Below are positions 1-13,733 of a DNA stretch of 64,000 bases, piece after piece. A program made the translations under genes and the position numbers. Under the pieces are notes generated by a model, which saw only the letters and a program-made list of their open reading frames with translations, was not told where the DNA came from and did no database searches. Position 1 is the stretch's first letter. Each line of letters starts with the position of its first letter. The DNA lies in assembly GCF_018977255.1 (NCBI RefSeq), contig NW_024704743.1:4962001-5026000 (forward strand), read 5' to 3'. Source of the stretch: Callorhinchus milii (Eukaryota).

Positions 1-1600
1 AGCCAAATGCGCACAACAGCGTCTCCACAAACAACTGTGGATTGAGTGACCAATTTATTATTTTTATTAAATTGGTTTATTATTGTTAAATCTTAAGCAT
101 GGCGTTGGGTTTCCACATGGATCAGACATCCGGCTGACCCCCAAAAAATGATTCCATGATCATCACTGGAACCCTGAGCCCTGAGTCTATAGATTCTAAC
201 AGTGTATTTTGTGTCGTTGTTTTGAATTGCACATTCATTTTTCATTCATTTATGCCTGGAATACACTCTTTGTTGAGTTTGTTGCATCCTTGATCCGTCA
301 CTTAAGTGTAACCATTATTTTGGACCAGTTACAAGCCGAGTTGACAGTAAAATCCTGCGAAGCACTCTGAAACTTCTCGATGATGTGATGAAGCGCTACA
401 TCAAATGGAAGGATTATTAGTTATTTATTATTTAGTTGAAGGGAGTTAAAGCTTTTTAAGATCATCCATGACAGACAGTCTACAAGGCCAGCAGTGGCCC
501 TAGTGTTGAGCGAGGAGGCAGAGGTCAGTCTCCTCGGCCTACAGGGCAATACATGCCGAAGTGGACAGAGGATGATATCAACAGCAGTGGGTTAAAGTGC
601 ATTCGTCTATGAGGCAAAACTTTCCAAATTGCACTCATGGACATAACATTAATAATTCATGCATTTGATATAGCGCCTCTAATGTCAAAACGAGCTTAAA
701 GGGCTTCACAACATTTATGACTGTATTTTTTAGGCGAATGGGGAAGAAACTCCCTTCTCTTTTTGAATGAAGCTCTGGGGTATTTAACATCTACCTGTAT
801 AGGAATTAGGACTTCAGTTTGGTGCCATTTTGGATGGCACCTTTGACAATGCAGAACACCCCATCCTCTCCACCACACGCACAATAAATAGAGTGTGAGT
901 TTGAAAGCACCTCCAACAATACTTCACTCCCCCAGCTCTGCACTGGAGTGCCAGCTTAGACTGTGAGCTCAATGTCCCAACGTGAACCGACAACATTTGA
1001 CTCACATTGGAGCCAAGCTGACCCTATTGGCACCCGGGTATTAGTTATGTTAGTACGAATATCCTGCACAGCTGTGCTATTATAAGTCACTTGCATTTTA
1101 CAACTTTTAAACATAACAATCTTAAGTTCAAATCATATCTATGAACAACTCCAGATTTTCTCATTCTCATCCAAAGCACTTAATTGTTTTGTTGGCTTGT
1201 AACCCTATCTGTTCCATTAATCAATATAACATGGGTTCCAAAAGAAACTTACACAACGCTCCGCCCTCCATCTGCTGACCGGGCAAAAAACTAATTCTCT
1301 TAGTGTAGAAACAAAGCACAAACAACCAGATAGAGAGGCTCCACCCTTTATCCAAAAGGAAATGAATAACTGGGCAAAAACTTAGGCAAGTCCCCTTACT
1401 CCAGATGCCTCTGTTTACCCAGCAGTAAGTATGAACCTGGTTGTTAGTTGATTATCGGATCACTTTCTGGGGGTAATAATCCCTTCAAAAAATGTTTTTA
1501 AATAATAATTGGGTCACTCATTCCATGAATGTTTCTGAGGACACTGCTGTGTGCAATTGTACAATCACTTGACTTTACAGAATATTCTGTGAAGCACTTT

Positions 1601-2844
1601 AACAACAACAACAACAACAACAAGATTTCATTTATGGAGCGCCTTTCACGTCGGGAGGACGTCCCAAGGTGCTGGACAGTTGGGTCAGGACCCGAGTAGG
1701 GGGGAAATGGTCAGGGTGAGGGGAGGGAAGGGAGAGAGCGAGGAGGGAGTAGAGAGTCGAGAGGGGAGCTGAAGGCACGGTCAAAGAGAAAGGTCTTGAG
1801 ACCGGCCTTGAAGGAGGAAAGGAAGGAGGCGGCGAAGGCACTGGGGATAGAGTTCCAGAGCCTCGGGGCTGAGAGGCTGAAGGCCCGGCCACCGATGGTA
1901 GGGCGGTTGGGGCGGGGGATGTGGAGCAGAACGGAGCCAGAGGAACGGAGGGTACAGGCAGGTAGGTAGGGGGATAGGAGGTCGGAGAGGTAGGAGGGAG
2001 CGAGGCCGTGAATGGCCTTGTAGGTGAGGATGGGGATCTTGAATTTGATCCTCTGGGGGATGGGGAGCCAGTGGAGGCGAGCGAGGGTGGGAGTGATGTG
2101 GTCGCGGTGTCTGGTGCGGGACAGTACACGAGCTGCAGAGTTCTGAATGACCTACAGTGTGGAGGGAGGGCCGGGAAGGCCGGCGAGGAGAGAGTTCCCA
2201 TAGTCCAGCCTTGAGGAGGTAAAGGCGTGGACCAGAGTTTCAGCAGCGTGAGGGGTGAGGTAGTGCCGTAGTCTGGCGATATTCCGGAGGTGATGGAAGG
2301 CGGTGCCAGTTGTGGCGCGGATATGAGGGAGAAAGGACAGCTCCGGGTCGAACAGAACCCCGAGGTTCCTGATGGCTTTGAGGGGGGGAGAGTGCAGCCT
2401 TGGATGCTGATGCTGTCCGCGCCTGAGGTGCGGAGGCGCTGACGTGAGCCTATCAGGAGGGCCTCAGTTTTGCGCACGTTGAGCTGAAGAAAGTTGTCTC
2501 TCGTCTAGGACTCGATGTCGGACAGGCAGCTGTCAGGACATCGGGGGTCGTGGAGTTGAGGGTAGAGGAGAAGAGGTAGAGTTGGGTGTCATCCGCATAC
2601 ATGTGGAAGTTAACCCCATGTCTGCAGATGATGTCACCACAGGGGGAGCATATAGAGGGTGAAGAGGAGGGGACCGAGGACAGAGCCCTGAGGGACACCG
2701 CACGAGACAGTGCGGGGGGTGGAGGAAAAGCCGTTTGTGGAAACAAAGTGAAGACGGTGGGAGAGGTACGACATAAACCACTCAAGGACAAGGCCTTGAA
2801 GGTTGAGGTGGGAGGACAAGCGGTGGAGGAGGATAGCGTGGTCA
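1601..2844 (-). mobile_element. L2-clade LINE, 5'-truncated, C-terminal RT region plus 3'UTR, frameshifted
   Basis: Minus-strand peptides WFMSYLSHR...[17 protein letters not shown] and HGVNFHMYADDTQLYL are RT motifs. The tail gggacgtcctcccgacgtgaaaggcgc ends in (TTG)n at 1601-1623. Confidence 0.95.
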
Positions 2845-3573
2845 TCTCAATGACGTGATAAGGCGCTACATCAAATGCAAGGATTATTATTATGTTGCCA
2901 GGAAGGGTGGTGCTGTGATGGGAGGAGGGTAGGGTAGGGTAGGGTAGGTATTCTGCAGAGACCTGATCAGACGGGCTGAAGGGTTAATCGCGTCGAGGAG
3001 AGAACCATCACACTCCGAATAGATTTGATCTCTTGTTGAAACACAAAAGACAATCTTCGGTTTGGATATTTTTCCTGCCCTAAAAAACACTGCGGTTTTA
3101 GCACAAAAAACAAGATGTGCTCAGACAGCTTTGGAACAAACAGCAAATTAATGGTTTGCTGAAAGTTAGAGTCATGCAGTTCCAATAAAAAGGACATTGC
3201 TTTCCAAGAAATGGACAAACAACAGGGTGGCGATTTCTCATATTTCATAGCAATGGAATTGAGGAATTGAATTGCTGAGTGAAAGAAACGTACCCTTAAA
3301 TGGTGTCCATGGAATCACTTTTGGACCACTGATCAAAGGGGCAAAACTGACCTTTAAATTACTCAATTTGTTGTTAGCTGTCACTTGGAGGCTGCAGTTT
3401 GAGGTGAAATGAATTGACTGCCAAATAAATAACCATCGATCACAGGCTTTGGTTGAGAAGTGCGTCTGTCTTGCTTCTAAATCCTAATGAACAGCAATAA
3501 TAAATTACATTTACATAGCGCCCTTTCACATCATAAAGATATCCCAAGACGCTGGTTAATTAAAACAAAATAT

Positions 3574-4855
3574 TGTTGGGAAATTCAAATCCCAGGGTTC
3601 GGGACAAGGACTCGACACAAACCAAATATGACATGGTAAAGTTCTTGCTTTTAATTCACAATGATTAAATGATAAAGGTACATAAATGAGACTTTAGAGG
3701 TAAGAGTACTACAGGTAATTGATAATTAGATTATAGAATGTCGACGATTGCCTTAAGCAAGATTATTGTAGTTAACTAAAATATATGTTCAAATACTTGC
3801 AATGATATATATGTGTATAATAATAATAATAATCCTTGCATTTGATATAGCGCTTTTCACGTCTTCTAGACGTCCCAAAGCGCTTCACAGAATATACTGT
3901 AAAGTGAATTGACTGTATATTTTGTGGGCGAAACACAGCAGCCAATTGCGCACAGCAGCGTCCCACAAACAGTCGTGGATTGAAAATAACCAACTTATTA
4001 TTGTTTTTGTTTTTTGGAGGGATTATTATTAGACGTGTGGAGTAAGGAAACTTGCCCAAGGTTTCGCCCTCTGCCGGGAATTAAACTCAGGTCTCTGGCT
4101 TGCAAAGCGAGTGCTCCAACCACTGAGCTACAGGACTCCAAATGCAGGCATGCAATGGTTAATTTATCATAAGTAACAAACTTATACTACCAGTTTAGCT
4201 TTGTTTCAGTAGCAGGATGCCTCTCTCTCTCTCTCTCTCTGTCTTGGTCTCTGTCTCATCCTTCTGGATCTTGAGCAGGCCAAAGAATACTAACGGTCTA
4301 ATCTTTCTTGTGACATCGAGCTGGTCTTCGATCTTCTACTCCTATTCTCTCTTTCTCATACACCTTTATAGGGTGTCTGGGGTGGTTTTTCCCAAATTCT
4401 GCACGTCTCTCCTGACCTTTGGTCTGACCGGACAATATAACTGATGTTTTTCTAAAACACGTCCTTCTTTCAGTTACCTCCCTTAAGTCCTGTTTGTGCA
4501 GGAGGCCCATAAGGTCAATACATCTGTCTCCTAATCTCCACTCTACCAGCTTGCTTCTTTCTTTCTTACTCATTAACTAATACGAATTGGTCTCGTTATG
4601 ATAAACAACCTCCCGACTATGACATGTATCCTGGAGCAAAGTTACCTCGTTTTCTTCCATTTTCCCTCCTTTTGCCAATGTATGGATATTTTGAGCACAC
4701 ATCTGTCTGTTACCCCAGATAGCGTTGCTCTATTTCTTCTAATTGCTTCTTTTGAGATTCTGTCTGACTATTGTCTGCTTTATCATAACCCTAACATACA
4801 TTTTATATTGATACCATTTTCATACATTTTATATGGATACCGCCTTCTCCCAACA
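3574..4855 (-). mobile_element. Solo LTR (ERV- or Gypsy-type) with a nested SINE
   Basis: Ends TGTTGGGA...TCCCAACA, flanked by ATAT on both sides (3570-3573 and 4856-4859). Minus-strand TATAAAG lies at ~4364-4370 and ATTAAA at 3650-3655. Confidence 0.75.
3817..4139 (-). mobile_element. tRNA-derived CORE-like SINE, short subfamily, nested in the LTR
   Basis: Head ggagtcctgtagctcagtggttggagc with A/B boxes, core ccttgggcaagtttccttac, L2-like tail and (TTA)n. Confidence 0.9.
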
Positions 4856-5132
4856 ATATGCATTAACTCCACTACATGAGGAAGAATAATAACCCTTATA
4901 TTTGATATATTTGCCTTTCATGTTGGGAGGACAACTCAAGTAAGGTGGGAGAGACAGAGTCCATTGCGGGTTTCAAGAGGCAAGTAGACAGGTATATGAA
5001 AGATAGAGGCTTGAAAGACTATAGGGATAAGGCAGGGAAGTGAGATTAAATGAAGACTTTACTTTGAGAGCTGGTGTAAACTCGATGGGCTGAGTGCTCT
5101 CCCTCTCTGTGGCACATTCGTGGCTATAGCTG

Positions 5133-5450
5133 TGAGTCCTGCAGCTCAGTGGTTATAGCACTCGCCGCGTCAACGAGAGTCCTGGGTTCGATTCCCGGCT
5201 GGGGGCGAAACCTTGGGCAAGTTTCCTTACTCCACACGCCTGATGATAATCCCTCAAGAAATAAAAACAATAATAATTCGGTCACTCAATCCATGACTGT
5301 TTGTGGGACGTTGCTGTGCGCAATTGGCTCTCGCGTTTCGCCCACAAATATACAGTCAATTCACTTTACAGTGTATTCTGTGAAGCGCTTTGAGACATCT
5401 AGCAGACGTGAAAAGCGTTACATCGAATGCAAGGATTATTATTTTATTAT
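5133..5450 (+). mobile_element. tRNA-derived CORE-like SINE, short subfamily
   Basis: A box gctcagtggttatagc, B box ggttcgattcc, tail aaatgcaaggattattatt type. Confidence 0.9.
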
Positions 5451-7795
5451 TTCTACTAACCATTTTGTTAGTAGAAATAATAATAATAAAATAATAACCA
5501 TTTTGGACCATTTTGTCTTAAAAAATAAGATTCGCTGGAACTTCTTAAATTGGGTCGTCCTCCTGACGTGAAAGGCGCTAAATAAATGGAATTTGTTGTT
5601 GGTGTTGTTCGTGGGACACTGCTGTGCGCAATTGGCTGCCCACAAAATATACAGTCAATCCGCTTTACAGTATAGTCTGTGAAGCGCTTTGAAACGTCTC
5701 AACGACAGGATAAGGCGCTATATCAAATGCAAGGAATATTATCATTGTTCTGCATGATATTACGTTTTCAGACAGAATGGTCTTAAAGGTGGAATTTTGA
5801 GGCCTGGAGAAGCTTGTCAGAACAATTGAGTTCCCTACCCCCCACCCCGCGTCCCCCATCCTTTCTTCTCTATTATATTATAAATTGCAGAAGAACTTGT
5901 AGGAATCTGAGTATTTCGGAATATTGGAAACATCTGCTTTCGAAGTCTCAGCACCAGCCAGTAAAGTCCATCTTTATTTTCTCTACCTTACAGCTGACGA
6001 GCGGTGCATGTTTATTACAGAATAAGCAGTTTATATCTTTCGTGGAGTTGAAGTTGAATCTTCCTGCGATGAAGTTAAATATTCTAAACAATTTACGCAG
6101 CACAGGTAGCTAAATATAGAAGTAAAGGTTCCCATATGGCTTTAGCGCGCATCATTGCTTGTTGCTAGAAGGCCTTTTCCACAATCTGTCAAAGGCAAGT
6201 CCTTTTGTCTTCACGTCTCAGCCTGGAAGGCGCAGAGAGACTTTGCTCCAGGTAAAATTGGGTAAATGTATTTTTCTCACGTAAATCTATATTTGTAATC
6301 CACTCCAGGATGACACAGGCATCTGCGCTGGGGCTCTTCTTCCTGTTTCTTTATTGACAACAACAACTTGCATCTATATAGAGCCCCTTACAATACAGGG
6401 TTCCAGAGTATGACGCCGAGATGGGGACAGGTGACCGTAAGCACGGTTGATGAGAAGAGTCTTCAGGCGTGACCTGAAGATGGGGAAGGAGGGGGCCAAG
6501 GCGAAGAGATTGAGGGCGAGTTTTCCAGAGTTTGGGGGGGTAGGGGCTGAAAGCGCAGAACGAGGGCACGATTAAATTGTGGGGAACTGTGAAATCAGAG
6601 GAGGCAGAAAAATTGGTCATTCACTTTATCATGTTTCCCCACAAAAGACTCCACTTCGCTTTACAGTATAGAGTAAACTCCAGATATATTGCCACTCCAA
6701 GAGAAGAGAGTTCAGCGATTCCATAGCCAAGGTGAATAGGTTGGCATGAGTCCTCCGGGGACACTAGGGGGCTCTGTGGCTGGGAGAACGTACACCAACA
6801 CACACTGCATCTTGCCTTAAGTACCATATTAGTTTCTGTATACAACAACAACAACAACAACAAATTTATATAGCGCCCTCCACACAGGACAGCATCTCAG
6901 AGTGCTTAACAGTGGCGGAGCCTGCCTCTGAGCTGGGGGAGTGGGGACAGGACATATGTGTCGATAAAAAAGTTTTTGGGTCATATTTTTTGTTTTAACA
7001 ACCTGAATCACTCAGACATTAAAAATCAGGCAGAACCTCACAAAAAGGCGAGGTCTGAAATTTCTTAGAAGTGTCCTATGGTTTCGTGGTTAGAGCACTC
7101 GTCTCGCAAGTGAGAGACCTGGGTTCGATTCCTGCTAGGGTGAAATGTTGGGCAAATTTCATTACTGTTTATCAAGCAGTAAGTAGGATCCTGGTTGTTA
7201 GTCGATTGGTGGATCGCTTTTCCGGGGGTAATAATTTCTTCCCCCAAAAAATTGGTCACTCAATCCACGACTGTTTGTGGGACGCTGCTGATTTTTACGA
7301 GTTCGTTGAGCGAAGCTGAGCGATGCAGGTAAGTTTGTACTGATGATGCATCCAATATTTACATACTGGAATGTACACAATGCGACTTTATATATTACAG
7401 GCGAGGGATGAAATAAAGGGGTCCCTTATTCACATTTTGCATGGAATGCAGCCTAGGATATTGACAGCATGATGATATAAGCCAGAGTCTACTTATCAGG
7501 ATTTCACTGTGTTCTGCCACGTGATAAGATGCTATATCAAATGTAAGGATTATCGTTAATCTGTGAGATGAGATCATGGGAACCAACATCGTTCCAGTGC
7601 TTGCATTTTAACGTTATCTTTGCAATTCCATGACATAACTGATAGCGAAAGCGCAGGAGACGTCAGTGGGTCTATTAACTTGACTCTCTTTCAACGGTAT
7701 TCCAACAATATTTTTGTACAGCTGGAACACCATGTTCTCCCATGCTCCACCTGGCATCTCAGTATCCAGCACCAAACCAGGATCCAAGCGCTAAT

Positions 7796-8107
7796 ATAAT
7801 AATAATAATAATAATCCTTGCATTTGATGTAGCACCTTATCACGTCGTCGACACGTCTCAATGCGTTTCACAGAATATACTGTAAAGCGAATTGACTGTC
7901 TATTTTGTGGGCGAAACACGGCAACCAATTGCGCACAGCAGCGTCCCACAAACAGTCGCGGATTGAGTGACAATTCTTTTTTAAACTGCTGGGCAAACAG
8001 AGCCATGTGGAGTAAGGAAACTTGCCTAAGATTTTTGCCCCGCCCGGGAATTGAACCCGAGTCCTGTCGCTTGCGAGGTGAGCGCTCTAACGCTACGCTA
8101 CGGGAAT
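7796..8107 (-). mobile_element. tRNA-derived CORE-like SINE
   Basis: Reverse complement of the family consensus seen elsewhere in the window. Confidence 0.85.
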
Positions 8108-11100
8108 CAACTCCAATATTCTCTTTTTCACACAGCAGTCATCGACTTCCTTCATTGCTTGAGACACTTATTTGTTCAATTTGTCTCAACTCTGTGGACG
8201 AAACTAAGCTGCTCGCTGCATTTTAAAGATGCCGCTTTGATGTTTCCCCCTCTCTCTGTCTCTCTTTACAAACAGGTTTGTGCGCAGAATGAACAGAAAA
8301 TGTCACTCAGGAGTGACCATGGTTAGGCAAGAGCAATAATTCACCCTGTGATTGATCAGGTAGCACCCAAAGTTTTTTTGGGCCTAATTATAGCAAAGGA
8401 AAAAATCAGCACTAATATCCATTAGCCCCAGACACTCTTGTTTGTAAAAACTCCGTCATAGTTCACGTATTGCCTGCAGTGCTTATGAGTGATGTGTCTT
8501 TCACGATTAAAATAATTGCCCTAACTCACTGCCACCACTGAGATGCCCTTCTACTTATTGCAATGTACAGCAATAAAAAGACTGAACTTTGCGGAAATCA
8601 TTGCTCATGTCATTTTCCCTTACGCCACCCCATCCCCTCCCTCCGACACAACACGCACACATCAAAGCAACTGCTTTCGATACTTAAAGGCAAACATTAC
8701 AGGGCAAAGCACAGGGGAAATCTCTGAATCAAATCACTTCAGAGAGTCAGCTGAGAAAGCAAGAAACTGTTCAGATCTAAAGAGAATGGTCATGTGTTTT
8801 CTCACCTCTGAATCAGAGGTTTATGTCAAACTCCCCGTCGTAACTTTGAGTTTATATTACAGAATGGCATTTCAGTGAGAGTGTGCTGCATTATTAGAGG
8901 GTAACAACAATAATGTATAATCATTTATATACTGGATAGCGTTACACAGGATAGCGCCTTGGAGCCTCAATTGGTCTTTATTGGTTTCCTCCACTCCACC
9001 ATTGGCTGTCGTGCTTTCAGCCGCTATGCCATGAATCGCTACCTCCATACCATAATCCCTCCATCTTTCGTCCCCTTTTTGCCCATCTTCAAATCACACT
9101 TGATGGCGTTCCTATTTGACCGTGCCCTCGGTCACCTCACCTCTCAGTCCAGCTTGGCATCAAACCGCAAAGCTGTTAAGTGCTCCGAGATGCTACCCGT
9201 GTGAAGGGCGCTATATAAATGCAAGTTGTTTTTGTTCACGTCCATGTAAAACAAGCAAAATCGGTTTAATATCCTTTCCATACAATGTTCCCCTAGCTGA
9301 ATACTAGTCTGGTCCATGAGCTCAAGACCAACAGAGATGTAGGTTGGATCAATGTAAGGGAGATTTTCTTCTTTACCTTTGAGATTGGGATGAATTCAGG
9401 GAGAGTGTCACTCAGGGGACTGAGATCTGCAGTAACAACAACAGTTTGGATTTATACAGCACCCTCCACGCTGGACGGTGTCTCCGAGCACTTCACAGTA
9501 ACGGATCCCGGGGCCGAGCAAAGGAGAGGAGGCAGAAGGTGACGCGATCGAAGGCGCGATCGAAAAGAATGGTCGCACCAAAGGCGCGATCGAAAAGAAT
9601 GGTCTTCTAGACCTGAAAATAGGAAGAGAGGGGGCGAGGCGAAGGGAGTGAGGAAGGGAGATCCAGAGCCTTGGGGTGTAGTGGCTGAAGGCCCTGCCAC
9701 CAAGGGTGGAGGGGAGGATTTGGGGGACGAAGAGGAGGCCAGACCCGGTGGAGCGAAAGTAGCCTCCACAATGGAATACACAAAGGAAGGAATGGATCTC
9801 ATGAGATGAATGTTCATTCCTCATTCCAAGTTTTCTTAAGTGGTTCTCATGAACATTATTCTTTGTTCGGATGCCTTTCCTCTGATGCCCTTTCCCATTC
9901 CTTCAGAGCAATTGCAAAAAAATCAAAAGGTTGCTTCACGCAATCCTTTTATGTTTTCATTGTCTTCTCAAATCCCAATATTCTGTCACAAAAAGTAAAG
10001 CTGGAGCTTTCCTCGAGTCCTCCAGAGAACTTATGTAGCAAACGCCATCTGCATCTGTGCAGATGTTTTGAGTGCGGTAATTATACATGTGCAGTGAACA
10101 AAACTGCCAAATTGCAGACAGAGGGTCCCACAAAAAGCCACAAAGTGAATGACCAATTTTACTCGTAATTGAGGAATAGTTGGCCTGTGTATTTTTGTGT
10201 TGTTGTTGGCCAGGATAGCAGGAGAAACTCCCTTCTCTATTCAAATATTGCCGTGGGATCTTTCTGGAAGTGGGGCTTGAACCCACAACCTTCTGCCCTA
10301 GAGGCAAAAGTGCTAACAACTGAGCCAGGATGATGTCTCGGTTGGATTGATGGCAAATTTCGTGATGTTTTAATGTTTTGGAACTCACAATGAATATCTA
10401 CTAAAATCTTTTCAGTGTTTATAATATCAAAGAGTTTCCAAATTCCAATGCCCTGAATAATCTGACTTTTCCCACCCTCTGGTGAAAGCTGCGAAGCATT
10501 ACATTGGCAACAAACAATGGGCTGCAAGCCTTACCCTCTCTTCACACCTCCTTTCTGAAGAAGCAATTAAATCTCAAAGCAAAAAAAACTTTCATTCAAT
10601 TTGCCTAAAGCTGTCAATAACCCCAATCAAGTCCATTTTCCCACGTCCTAGGTGACTATAAGTTTCTGTGGTCTAAAAATGGGTTTCCATCAGACATTCC
10701 TACCTTCGTATTAGCTCACAAGCATTCTTTGAACTCAACTCAGGTTATCTCTTGAAGACAATTGCCTGATGCCCTCATGCCTGACTTAAGCCCCACGTTG
10801 TCGGATGTCAAACAACCAACTAGTAGCTTGGGGAGAAGGTAAACGGGGTCTCCTTGGAGCTGAACTAGTTCCAAAATGTTTAGCAAGGGAATGTCGGAAT
10901 CGAGCCCACCCTCGGTGGGCAGTTTCAGTAGTCTAGTTCCTGAGCCAGACAGGTCCCATAGTGTTCCAGGTAGATAAAATGTTAATTAAAATAACATTTT
11001 ATAGTCAAGATTCTGCAACTTTCAATTAATCAAAAAAACAATTTGTAATCAAGATTGTAATTCAACAATTCAGGTCAGCTCGACACTACAGATAAGTATA

Positions 11101-12875
11101 AGAATACTTAATTTAACTGGAACATTTTTTAATAATTCCCTTTTGATCTGATCACATTTTAATAATTGACCTTTGATCATAACAGTAATAATTCATTTCT
11201 GACCACAATACAGTGAAAACATTTTTGCACTTGCCATTTCAGAATATTGTATGAACAATGTTCACCATCTTTCTTTGTGAATACTGATGGTAGTTTAATA
11301 TAATAAATAATAACAATACTTGCATTTGATATAGCGCCTTATCACAGGTTCGAGACGTCTCAAAGCGCTTCACAGAATATACTGTAAAGGTGAATTGACT
11401 GTATATTTTGGGGGGAAATGGATATGTTCATAATCTCTGCACATCTCTGTAGGATAAAAGATACCACATTTATGTAATAATTATTACGTAAATATTAATA
11501 ATTATAAATAAATCGTTTCCTATCACCACCACCACTCACACCATCTGCAAAATGGTTGGGGTTGAAGCTGGGTTCAGTTCAGATGAAGAACATTCTTTGA
11601 ACACCTGATTTCATCCTTCACAAAACACCCAACCTACCCTCCTCCCATCACAGCATCATGCAGTTTTTTAAATGAGTCCATTGTCATTAGTGCAGACTTC
11701 AAACAGCTTTCCCCGTAGCTTGTTCCAGTCTCTGAGGAAAGAAATATTTCTTGGCGTCTGTCCTGAAATTGCCCTAAACGTGTGTCATCTTGTTCTGCTG
11801 TCTCGGTTCATCTGAAACTTATTGTTCTGTTCTGGGATTGATGTCCTCAATCCCTTTTAAAATCTTGTATTCCTCTATTAGGGCCTCTCTGAGATGCCTC
11901 CTTTCAAGATGGAAGAGCTCCAGTTTTAAATTACACTGGTATACACTGAAACAGCAAATAAACTCAAACCCAGAGCCCTCTGCTCAGTGACAACAACGAC
12001 ACTCACTGAGATCGTTAGCCTGGCCCGACCATGGTGCCCAAGTCAAGGCAAGATTCCATCTCTACGGCCAGTTGTTAAATTTATTGCAATTTTAACCAAT
12101 GTGACAAATTAACACATCACATGCTGCCTCCTTCTTCCCAGTATTTCCTAACCAATGTATCCTTCGGGGAAATAACCAGGGGCTGAATTTCACATAACTG
12201 AGAGCGCGTAGATCACATATTTCACCCAATCATACCTTGTGTCAGCATTGTAGTCCAGGCTGATTCTCCACTGCAGTAGTGGGGTGGGGGGGAACACTGT
12301 ATTGCTGGAAATGCTGGCTTTTGGTTGAAACTTTCAACCGAGATCCTGTCTGCCTGTTCTTCAGGTGGACATCAAATACTCCACTGCACGATTCGAAAGA
12401 AAAGGGAGTATTTTCCCTTCCTGGCAAATATCCTACAGATTAATCAATCCATTCATTCCAAGGCTATTTGCTGTGAACAAAATGACTGACACTTGCCAAA
12501 AGAAACAGTGATTACACTGGACAGCAAGTACTTATTATAAAGTGCTTTGAAACAATTCAATTTGAGAAGGTGCTGTAAAAACCCAAGATTTTATCATTCT
12601 GTGTTGGGAACCTTTAAGTTATTCAGTCACTTTAAATGGGATTGAAAACCCAGATCGAATCTTTAGCATGCAGCAAGACAGTAGAACAAGAGGTCACAGG
12701 TTTACGGTTGCAAAGCAAAACCTCAGGACACATACCAGGAAGTGTTTCTTTACCCAAAGGATAATTTTTGTCTGGGTTGCCAGGAAAGGTGGCTGAAATG
12801 GATGCTTTGAAAGTGATGATTGAATTTGCTTCCACTAACCTTTCAGGCAGTGCACTCCAGATCAAATGAAAGGAT

Positions 12876-12877
<2 letters not shown>

Positions 12878-12948
<71 letters not shown>

Positions 12949-13125
12949 TAATCCTTGCATTTGATATAGCGCTTTTTACGTCTTCTAGATGTCTCAAAGC
13001 ACTTCACAGAATATGCTGTAAAGTGAATTGCCTGTATATTTGTGGGAGCAACACGGCAGTCAATTGCGCACAGCAGTGTCCCACAAACAGTCGTGGATTG
13101 AAGTGACCAAATTATTATTGTTGCT
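12878..13125 (-). mobile_element. SINE 3' half with an expanded (TAA)n tail
   Basis: About 24 TAA units at 12878-12950, followed by the family tail. Confidence 0.9.
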
Positions 13126-13319
13126 ATTATTACAATTAACACTCCCTCATATCAGTGTTCACCTGTGCTGATGTGCTCTGCATTGCCTTCGGCCCTTGGT
13201 TTCAGCCCTGGGAAGAGGTGGGTGTAGGGACTGCTGTGTATGGAAGGAAGTAGGACAGGTTTGAATGATGGAAATGTGTGGTAGGAGGTTGTTATGGAAT
13301 TTCTTTTTTCATTGACTCA

Positions 13320-13733
13320 TAATAATAATAATTTCACATCAGGAAGACGTTCAAAGCGCTTCACAGGATACACCGCCTAGTGGAGTGACTGTATTTTGTA
13401 ACCAAAAGTGGCAGCCAATTGGCACAAAGGCCCACAAACAGCCATGGAGTAAATGATCAGTTTTATTTTGGGGGAATGTTGACCAGGACATCGTGAGAAA
13501 CTCTCTTCTCGTACCGTGGTATCTTTAACGTCCACCTGAACATGCAGGCGGGGTCTTGTTTAAAGTTTCATCTGAAGTACGGCACCTCCGACAATGCAAC
13601 ACACCTGCAAAATTGCACTGAAGAGTCTGTATGAGTTCCAAGTAATAGAATAGATGAGTTCCAAGTTCCGATGTAGGGCTTGAACCCACAACCTGCTCAG
13701 AGATGAGAGTGCTACCAACTGAGCCAGGCTGAC
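13320..13733 (-). mobile_element. Deu-domain SINE (SacSINE1/AmnSINE1-like)
   Basis: Head cagcctggctcagttggtagcactc, and Deu-like core gcattgtcggaggtgccgt..ttcagatga..ttaaac. Confidence 0.8.

Noticed and set aside
1632..2477. 281-aa Ser/Pro-rich ORF
   Set aside because: Mostly an off-frame reading of a frameshifted L2 ORF2 and 3'UTR.
5149..5571. Recurring peptide family ([11 protein letters not shown]...[13 protein letters not shown]) in dozens of ORFs
   Set aside because: It is the translated SINE body, not a protein family.
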